Shown here in pieces: positions 56,717 to 64,000 of a stretch of 64,000 bases of DNA. How positions within the stretch are numbered: the stretch's first letter is position 1; every line of letters starts with the position of its first letter. A program made the position numbers and the translations under genes. Where the stretch lies: positions 62,001-126,000 of IMG/VR virus record IMGVR_UViG_3300047548_001236; one strand, given 5' to 3'. The notes under the pieces were generated by a model. The model saw only the letters and a program-made list of their open reading frames with translations, was not told where the DNA came from and searched no databases.

Positions 56717-58357
56717 ATGGGGATAATACTAGATAGCCTGCGCTACAGCGTGATCAAGGATTTTGCAGACAGTTTCACGACAAGAAACTACTATCTGTTT
56801 GCATCTTCGCTGACGGACATTGACGTATCTGGAAACAATGAGAACTCCACGAAATTGTTCTTCGAGAAGACCATATTTGGTAAGAAGATCGACCCTAGTG
56901 AAGTAATACTAATGGTCCGTAAATTGATATGGACGCCTGGGACAGTATATGTGCCTTATGACGACACTGTTGATTTGTCACAGAGTAACTTTTACGCAAT
57001 ATCTGAGCCTGATTCTGAATCAGGAGATTTTGTAATATTCAAGTGTCTGTCAAATAATAACGGCGCAGCATCTACAGACAAACCTATCTACTCTGAATCC
57101 CTCGCATCGCAAAACTACATTCTACGTACAGCGGACGGTTATGTGTGGAAGTATTTGTGCAGCGTGACAAACAGTCAAGCATTGACGTACAGCACAAGAA
57201 CACTGTTCCCCGTCGTTTCAAATCCCAACGTGGTCGCAAGCGCAAAGCTCGGGATTGACAGTATTGTTATAGTCAACCCTACGACAAACTTCGGATACGA
57301 GACGCAAACGGGATTCATTTCGTCAGTCCGTACAACAAACACTGCGGAAGGTTATCGCATTATTTTCCTCAGCGGCAACAACTTCAATCCGATCAGAGGC
57401 TATTACAATGGATACACATTCTATACGACATCATCAGACGGTGTTTCTTCGAGAAAGTATATAATACGCGACTCGGGAATCAACACTTCAACACAGAGAC
57501 CATATGTCGCTGTTGAAGGATATGTCGCTGATGATATAACCGTCGGTTTGAATCCCGACACCCAATTAGCAGTTGTTTGGAACTACTCAATAACACCTTC
57601 CGTTGAAATCGTAGGAGATGGAACGGGGGCATCCGCTATCGCCACGGTCGTCGGATCGAGGATAACGGCAATCACGGTGCTAAATGGTGGACAAGGATAT
57701 ACAAGAGCAATTGCGAGAATAACACCGCCGTCAATTGGCTTTGACCCAGGTGCTGCAGCATCAGGAGATGTGGTTTGTAGTCTGAGAGCCATCCTAGGCC
57801 CAGCAGGTGTGTACAACTCTACAGCAGGGCATGGAGGAAATCCAGCATTCGAGCTAAGAGCTCGACATGTAGCTATTGTTTCACAGCTTGACCGTGAAGA
57901 CGATCAGATCATCCCTACGACAAACACATACTCCAAAGCTGGTATCGTGAGAGATCCATCATTCAACGTCACTGCACCGAGCGTATTTGATAATCGTCTT
58001 AAGGTTTTGCTATCTTCGGTTGATCAATTGAAAGTTGGGGATGTTGTTACGCAATCATCTTCCAATTTTAGAGGAGTCATACACTCGATTGATGACATAA
58101 ATAACATCATCTATGTGACCGAATTCTATGGACCTTACACTCAAACAACTGCCCAATTCTACTTGAGTAATATTGTACCGCTAGATGATAGTCAACCGCT
58201 CACTACTCCAGCTGGTCGTATTGAGATACTGACAAACGGTGTAATCTACCCATCCTATCAAATGGGGACAGGAGAGCTACTGTATGTATCAGAGTTTGAG
58301 CCGATTGAAAGAAGTGAAAATCTAGCTGAGCAATTCAAATTCATCATATCATTCTAA
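56717..58357 (+). CDS. baseplate wedge gp8
   Basis: WTPGTVY, FKCLSNN, TADGYVWKYL, GHGGNP. Confidence 0.82.
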   Translation: MGIILDSLRYSVIKDFADSFTTRNYYLFASSLTDIDVSGNNENSTKLFFEKTIFGKKIDPSEVILMVRKLIWTPGTVYVPYDDTVDLSQSNFYAISEPDSESGDFVIFKCLSNNNGAASTDKPIYSESLASQNYILRTADGYVWKYLCSVTNSQALTYSTRTLFPVVSNPNVVASAKLGIDSIVIVNPTTNFGYETQTGFISSVRTTNTAEGYRIIFLSGNNFNPIRGYYNGYTFYTTSSDGVSSRKYIIRDSGINTSTQRPYVAVEGYVADDITVGLNPDTQLAVVWNYSITPSVEIVGDGTGASAIATVVGSRITAITVLNGGQGYTRAIARITPPSIGFDPGAAASGDVVCSLRAILGPAGVYNSTAGHGGNPAFELRARHVAIVSQLDREDDQIIPTTNTYSKAGIVRDPSFNVTAPSVFDNRLKVLLSSVDQLKVGDVVTQSSSNFRGVIHSIDDINNIIYVTEFYGPYTQTTAQFYLSNIVPLDDSQPLTTPAGRIEILTNGVIYPSYQMGTGELLYVSEFEPIERSENLAEQFKFIISF

Positions 58358-58366
58358 GGAACCGAA

Positions 58367-61300
58367 ATGCCTATCAATAAAGATCTTAACGTAGCACCGT
58401 ATTATGATGATTTCGATATTTCGAAGAAGTATTATCGTGTTCTGTTTAAGCCAGGATACAGTCTTCAAGCTCGTGAACTGACTCAACTGCAGACAACTCT
58501 GCAGAATCAGATTGAACAGTTTGGTGACAACATCTTCAAAGAAGGTTCTATCGTCAAAGGCTGCGTTTTCACTGAGCTGCGAAACCTATCGTATGTCAAG
58601 GTGGCCGATGGTATCACCCCTTCACTATACGTCGATAAAACTGGTCTTGCAGAAGACGGATCGATTATTGAGTACTACTACGAAATTGAAAACACGGCTG
58701 GTCTTAAGGCATACATTGTTGCTGCAGCTGATGGTTATCAGTCCAAGGCTCCTGATCTGAACACGTTCTTTATCAACTACCTTAACACTGTCAGCAGCAC
58801 TCAACAGAAAACGTTTGCTGAGGGTCAGACGCTGAACATCAAAGAATATCGCATCATCAAGCAGGTGACGATCAATCCTCTCACTCAAGAAGAAACAGTT
58901 ACCGAATCTCTTCAAGGCGGTGAAATAGTCAAGACTACGACAGTCGCAACTTTCTCCAACCCTGTTGGCCTGTCTTTTGGTTTGAACGTATCGGAAGGTA
59001 TCATTTTCCAGAAGGGTCACTTCCTGTATGCTGACGATCAGACAATCGTTCTAACCAAGTACATGCCTACTGTCGTTGGTCAGGGTGATTTCGCTCAGCC
59101 TCACAATATTTCTGTTGGCTTCCGCGTCAACGAGGACATCATCACATCACAACAGGACACTTCTCTGTTGGATAATGCTAACGGTTCTGAGAACGAGAAC
59201 GCTCCCGGTGCAGATAGACTGAAACTTTCTCCTATTCTGGTGTCGATCCCTACCCCAACTGCTTCTAACGACCCGTCGTTCTTTACTCTAAGACGTTACG
59301 AAAACGGTTTTGCTACTCAGATCCGTGACGTGTCACAATATAATGTCATCAACACAGAGATGGCTCGTAGAACATACGAGGAGTCTGGCGACTATATAAC
59401 CAGACCGTTCAAGTTCAACACATCTCGTAAAAACGATGTGGTTAACGTCACTGTCGGTCCTGGAACAGCATACATTAAGGGCTATCGCGTTAGCAACGAA
59501 TCAACTATATTCCTTCCAATCGACGATATTACTTCAACGACGACTCAACAAGATCAACCAATTTCGTTTAGTTACGGTGGTTATGTCAACGTCGCCAATT
59601 CTCACAACTCAACGGGTGTTGTCGATCTTGAAGGATTCCAGACCATCAACTTGCTAGCTGGCGATGGTACAACTATCATCGGTTCAGCAATCGCTAAAAA
59701 CTACACCTTTGACACGTCAAGAATTACATCTACAAACAATGATGATATTGATAGCAGGTTGTATCTGTTTGGTATCCGTATGGATAGTGACACCAGAGCA
59801 TTCTCTGATGTGAGATACGTTAAACTCGGAACCGGAGTCGGTACGGGTAAGTTGGAGATCGATCCTGTTGTCAGGCAGCCTAACAAAAGTCGTCTCGTGT
59901 TCCAGATTGGACAAGATTATGTGAAAGGTATTACTGACCTCAAGCTACACACACGTAAAAAAGCTGTTGTGTCTTTGGCAGGCGGTAGCGATCAAGTAAC
60001 AATCACACCACTTGCTGGAGAAACGTTCACAAGTGATACTCTGGACCATATTCTTGTAATCGGTTTGAACAACCAAAGGTTGTTTGTCAATAACCCAACC
60101 ATCAACGGTCTCGGTCAGCTCCAGTTTGTTACTGATCAAACTGGCGGAACTGTCACAGTTTATTACGACGTTCGTATTTCGCCAACTCTACCAAGAGCAA
60201 AACAGTCCTTGGACGTATTTGTTAAAACGACATTCAACTCAACAGGTCCAAACGCGAAAACGAAATATACGCTCGGACTTCCTGATGCGTATAAGCTGTT
60301 GTCTGTGACAGCAGGTGGTGTGGATTACACAAACAGCTTCCGTTTGGTTCCTAACCAGAAAGACGACTTCTACGACCACTCGTATATTGAACTGTTGAGC
60401 GGTAGACCGGCTCCTGCAAACGGTACCGTTATGACTGTGAAGTTTTCAGTGTTTAGACCAGATTCGTCAGGTATCTACAACCTGTTCACTGTTAACAGCT
60501 ATGCAGGAATAGATCCTACTGACATTCCTTATTTCAACGGAAAGTCCGGCAATTATAACCTCCGCGACTGTATCGACTTGAGACCTCATAGACTACCTCT
60601 GACAGGTATTACATATTCTACCAACGAGGCTGGTGCAAGTACTGTGTCGTCAGCTGTTTTTGTAGGATTGCCCACCTACACAACGGAAATGTTCTCCACC
60701 TCCGACACATACATTTATCCATCGTTTGAAACGGTCAGCTCTGCAGATGTTGAGTTTTATCTTAACAGAACTGATGCCGTTGCAGTCGACTCTTACGGTG
60801 ATTTCTTCCTTGTCAAGGGTGAAGAATCAACGATCTCGAGAGCACCAGTCGATAAAGATAAGACAACAATCGCAGAAGTGTATATTCCTGGCTTCCCCAC
60901 ATACACACAAGAAGAAGCTCGTAAAAGAGGTAAGCAAGGATATGGCGTGAGAATCACACCTATCGGCGTGCAGAACTACACAATGAGAGATATTAAGCGT
61001 ATCGATGATCAAATCGAACGTCTATCTTATTATGTCACTTTGTCCGCTCTTGAAGCAGAGACAAAGAATCTGTTGATTCGGGATGAAAACGGTCTCGATC
61101 GTTTCAAGAATGGAATCGTTGTCGACCCATTCAATGACCTTTCAATCGCAGACGTTAACAATCCAAAGTTCAACGCTTCTGTCGATTTTACAGAAAGATC
61201 GCTTGCACCTGCTGTTCAGACGTTCCCAATCAACCTGAAGGTCGCGTCTGCGTCGGGGACCCAGATTCATAAATCAACGCTTGCAACAATGGCAGCGTCA

Positions 61301-63859
61301 AGTAGCTCTGTTCCGGTTATTTCGCAGCCATATGCAACGACATATAGAACTGCAACAAGCAACTTCTATCTGTACAGCGGCGAAGGATTCCTATCTCCTC
61401 AATACGACGGTTCTTACGACACCACAACAAACCCTCAAACGGTCAATCTGGATTTAACGGGTATTGCTGAAAGTGTAATTGACGTTGTGCAAGAGTTCTA
61501 CCCACTGACGTCGTCGTCCTCAAGAGTTATATCCACAGATACAGACGTTTCGACGGATGCACAGGGTGCAACTATAATTGAAACGTCTCAAGTAATTCGG
61601 GATACTGTGAGAAACATCCAGAGCTCTGTTATTACTAACGAGATTCCTGTAGGCGATTTTGTCACGGATATACGTCTCAATCCATATATCAGATCGCGTG
61701 AAGTGACAATCTTCATGTCGGGTCTAAGACCAAACACGAGACATTACTTCTTCTTTGGTGGGGTCGATGTCAACGAGCACGTTGCCCCTGGTACACTTCC
61801 TAATGGAGTGGATCTTGCAGTTCCAGGAGCAATTAAGCGTTCCGGTAACTACGGAAGTGCCGTTTCAACAAACTCGTCTGGCGAACTGTTTGCTGTGTTT
61901 TTCATACCAGAAGCGACGTTCTTCGTTGGCGACACAAACCTCGACATTGTTGACGTAGATAGTCTCGACAACGTTGCGTCCGCATCGATATCCAGAGGTT
62001 CTCTGACATACAGAGCTTACAACTTCTCGATTCAATCCACAGACCTAACGATATCAACGAGAACGCAAGAATACTCTATAGCAACCACTAGCACTGAAAG
62101 AACAGTAACAGACCGTGTAGTGATTCCTCCACGCAACGACGGTAACGATGGTGGTGGTGGCAATGACCCACTTGCTCAGACGTTCTTCATCAAGAGCAAT
62201 ATGGCACCAAAGTCAAACTGCATCTATGTATCGAAGATAGACCTATACTTTAAACGTAAGAGCACTGTCAACGGTGTTACAGTTATGATCCGTGAGGTCG
62301 TTAACGGATATCCAGCACCACAAGTGCTGCCTTTCTCTAAGGTTCATTTGAAGCCTTCTCAAGTGAATGTTTCGGAAAATGGAAGTGTTCCAACAACAGT
62401 CGTGTTCAAGAGCCCTGTACGTCTTGATGCAGAAAAGGAATACTCATTCGTTATTCAACCAGACGCATTGGATCCAGACTATCTCGTATTCACGTCTAAA
62501 GTTGGCGGAAACGATCTCGTCTCAAACATAGCTGTAACTCAAGACGCGTTCGACGGTGTTCTGTTCACGTCGACGAACGATAGAGCGTGGACATCGTACC
62601 AGGATGAAGATGTTAAGTTTACCCTGTACCGCTATGCGTTCAACACAGGACAAGGGACGATCACTCTACAAACAGATGCTCCTGAATTCCTGACGTTGAA
62701 TGACTGGTCAGGAAATTTCAGAAAAGGTGAACTGATTTACGCACTGAAATCTAACACGATCAGTGTAACTATTACCCGAGGTTCCAATATCGTGTCTGCA
62801 ACTGACATCGGAACTGTGTTCCAAGTGGGTGACTACATCTACGTCCAAAATAATGCAGGTGTGAAAGACCTGCTAAGAGTAGCTTCGGTTGCTGGTAACA
62901 ACGATTCTCTGACCACAGAAGACGTTGCTAAGTTTAGTGGAACGTTTAATGCAAGATCTGCTGTTGCTGGTAAGGTCGTATACTACAACAGATCTCGCCC
63001 TCAAACCATCTACCTCGAAAACTCGTCCGCACGTTCTGGAAGAGTATTTGCTGCGAATGATAATATATTTGGCCTGCGTTCTAACGCAACTGGTACGATT
63101 GGAACAATTGATAATGTTGAGTTGAGTTTCATACGTCCATCGATTGAACGAATCACTGGCAGAGGCAATGACATTAAAATGGCTGTCAAGGCTGTCAATC
63201 CTGACGCTCCAGAGGATACGCCATACACTAGAAATATACCGTTCAACGATAAAACAGTGTTCAACCAGAAGGGCAGCATTGTTTACAGTAAGTCGAATGA
63301 TGTCGGTGAAGCTAAGGGTCTTCAACTGGTGCTAACGCTCAATAACGATGCTGATACCGCTACACCAGTTGTTGACGTTGAAAACGCTCTTGTTCATATC
63401 AATAGATACCGTATCAACAATACGAGTGGTGATAACGCATCAGCTGTTTATATATCAAAGGTTGTTACTCTTGCAGAAGGATTTGATGCCGAGGATTTCA
63501 GACTATATGTGACTGGCTACCGTCCAAATGATACGAACATTAAAACATACATCCGTATTCAGAACTCGTCTGACCCTCAATCCATTGAAGATAACCCCTG
63601 GATTCCAATGTCGATGGTTGAAGGCAATGGTGTATTTTGCTCGACGACCAACATCAACGATTTCCGTGAATATGTGTATGAAATCACGAAGACGAACGGT
63701 TCGAACTACGGAAGAACCGCCGATGGTGTTGTGTACTACACGAACGCAACAGGTAAATATGTCGGATACAAAACCTTCCAAATCAAGATTGAAATGACAT
63801 CGTCTAACATAGGAGTCGTTCCAAGACTTCTTGATTATAGAGGAGTTGCTCTTGAATGA
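58367..63859 (+). CDS. large virion structural protein (DUF4815/VrlC-like)
   Basis: LNVAPYYDDFD, LFKPG..QARELTQLQ, APGADR, RFKNG..VDPF, DPLAQTF. Confidence 0.85.
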   Translation: MPINKDLNVAPYYDDFDISKKYYRVLFKPGYSLQARELTQLQTTLQNQIEQFGDNIFKEGSIVKGCVFTELRNLSYVKVADGITPSLYVDKTGLAEDGSIIEYYYEIENTAGLKAYIVAAADGYQSKAPDLNTFFINYLNTVSSTQQKTFAEGQTLNIKEYRIIKQVTINPLTQEETVTESLQGGEIVKTTTVATFSNPVGLSFGLNVSEGIIFQKGHFLYADDQTIVLTKYMPTVVGQGDFAQPHNISVGFRVNEDIITSQQDTSLLDNANGSENENAPGADRLKLSPILVSIPTPTASNDPSFFTLRRYENGFATQIRDVSQYNVINTEMARRTYEESGDYITRPFKFNTSRKNDVVNVTVGPGTAYIKGYRVSNESTIFLPIDDITSTTTQQDQPISFSYGGYVNVANSHNSTGVVDLEGFQTINLLAGDGTTIIGSAIAKNYTFDTSRITSTNNDDIDSRLYLFGIRMDSDTRAFSDVRYVKLGTGVGTGKLEIDPVVRQPNKSRLVFQIGQDYVKGITDLKLHTRKKAVVSLAGGSDQVTITPLAGETFTSDTLDHILVIGLNNQRLFVNNPTINGLGQLQFVTDQTGGTVTVYYDVRISPTLPRAKQSLDVFVKTTFNSTGPNAKTKYTLGLPDAYKLLSVTAGGVDYTNSFRLVPNQKDDFYDHSYIELLSGRPAPANGTVMTVKFSVFRPDSSGIYNLFTVNSYAGIDPTDIPYFNGKSGNYNLRDCIDLRPHRLPLTGITYSTNEAGASTVSSAVFVGLPTYTTEMFSTSDTYIYPSFETVSSADVEFYLNRTDAVAVDSYGDFFLVKGEESTISRAPVDKDKTTIAEVYIPGFPTYTQEEARKRGKQGYGVRITPIGVQNYTMRDIKRIDDQIERLSYYVTLSALEAETKNLLIRDENGLDRFKNGIVVDPFNDLSIADVNNPKFNASVDFTERSLAPAVQTFPINLKVASASGTQIHKSTLATMAASSSSVPVISQPYATTYRTATSNFYLYSGEGFLSPQYDGSYDTTTNPQTVNLDLTGIAESVIDVVQEFYPLTSSSSRVISTDTDVSTDAQGATIIETSQVIRDTVRNIQSSVITNEIPVGDFVTDIRLNPYIRSREVTIFMSGLRPNTRHYFFFGGVDVNEHVAPGTLPNGVDLAVPGAIKRSGNYGSAVSTNSSGELFAVFFIPEATFFVGDTNLDIVDVDSLDNVASASISRGSLTYRAYNFSIQSTDLTISTRTQEYSIATTSTERTVTDRVVIPPRNDGNDGGGGNDPLAQTFFIKSNMAPKSNCIYVSKIDLYFKRKSTVNGVTVMIREVVNGYPAPQVLPFSKVHLKPSQVNVSENGSVPTTVVFKSPVRLDAEKEYSFVIQPDALDPDYLVFTSKVGGNDLVSNIAVTQDAFDGVLFTSTNDRAWTSYQDEDVKFTLYRYAFNTGQGTITLQTDAPEFLTLNDWSGNFRKGELIYALKSNTISVTITRGSNIVSATDIGTVFQVGDYIYVQNNAGVKDLLRVASVAGNNDSLTTEDVAKFSGTFNARSAVAGKVVYYNRSRPQTIYLENSSARSGRVFAANDNIFGLRSNATGTIGTIDNVELSFIRPSIERITGRGNDIKMAVKAVNPDAPEDTPYTRNIPFNDKTVFNQKGSIVYSKSNDVGEAKGLQLVLTLNNDADTATPVVDVENALVHINRYRINNTSGDNASAVYISKVVTLAEGFDAEDFRLYVTGYRPNDTNIKTYIRIQNSSDPQSIEDNPWIPMSMVEGNGVFCSTTNINDFREYVYEITKTNGSNYGRTADGVVYYTNATGKYVGYKTFQIKIEMTSSNIGVVPRLLDYRGVALE

Positions 63860-64000
63860 TAAGAGATACGAATTCAAAAGCTGTCCTATCCACGGATAGG
63901 GCAGCCCTTGATAAATACCGCATGGAGAAGCAGCGTGTTCGTCAGATCGAACAACTGCGGAAAGATGTGGCAGATCTGCAGCAAACAGTCCTGAACATCT
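63856..64000 (+). CDS. small hypothetical protein (partial)
   Basis: ATGA-coupled MIRDTNSKAVLSTDRAALDKYR...; runs off window. Confidence 0.6.
   Translation, partial: MIRDTNSKAVLSTDRAALDKYRMEKQRVRQIEQLRKDVADLQQTVLNI

Noticed and set aside
41804-63797. Many antisense track ORFs inside structural genes
   Set aside because: Shadow frames of well-supported T4-like genes
1-64000. CRISPR array, IS/transposase, integrase, rRNA, group I/II intron in gp43
   Set aside because: No regular repeat-spacer array, no transposase/integrase motifs, and core genes other than uvsW are uninterrupted

Overview
This is a 64-kb segment of a T4-like (T4-superfamily) myophage genome. An alphaproteobacterial host is suggested by a ROSE-like thermometer, a bacterial AOX and the promoter style, but that is inference only. 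Positions 1-16.8 kb are a minus-strand accessory region: 13 tRNAs, several tRNA-like or structured RNAs, a DUF2828-type TROVE/vWA protein, TilS, a CCA-adding enzyme, a macrodomain, an ATP-grasp protein, two bL12-CTD-like proteins and a GIY-YIG endonuclease. Positions 16.8-41.1 kb hold the replication/recombination core (gp3, uvsY, a split uvsW, gp55, gp47/46, gp43, denV, gp45/44/62, regA, dUTPase), a 7-deazaguanine cluster (queD, queE, folE, T-fold protein, DpdA-like), AOX and Hsp20. Positions 41.1-64 kb are tail/baseplate genes. Two findings stand out. (1) A 19-codon leader peptide upstream of the tRNA array has codons matching all 9 anticodon species in the array and is coupled to mutually exclusive antiterminator/terminator hairpins. 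It looks like a ribosome-mediated attenuator that switches on the phage tRNAs when those tRNAs are depleted. (2) A bipartite RNA module recurs, in circularly permuted forms, in the DUF2828 mRNA leader, the tRNA-operon leader and two tandem CCA-ended tRNA-like RNAs whose anticodon loop it replaces. This suggests a Ro60/Y-RNA-like RNP system. All calls come from manual reading; no database searches were run.
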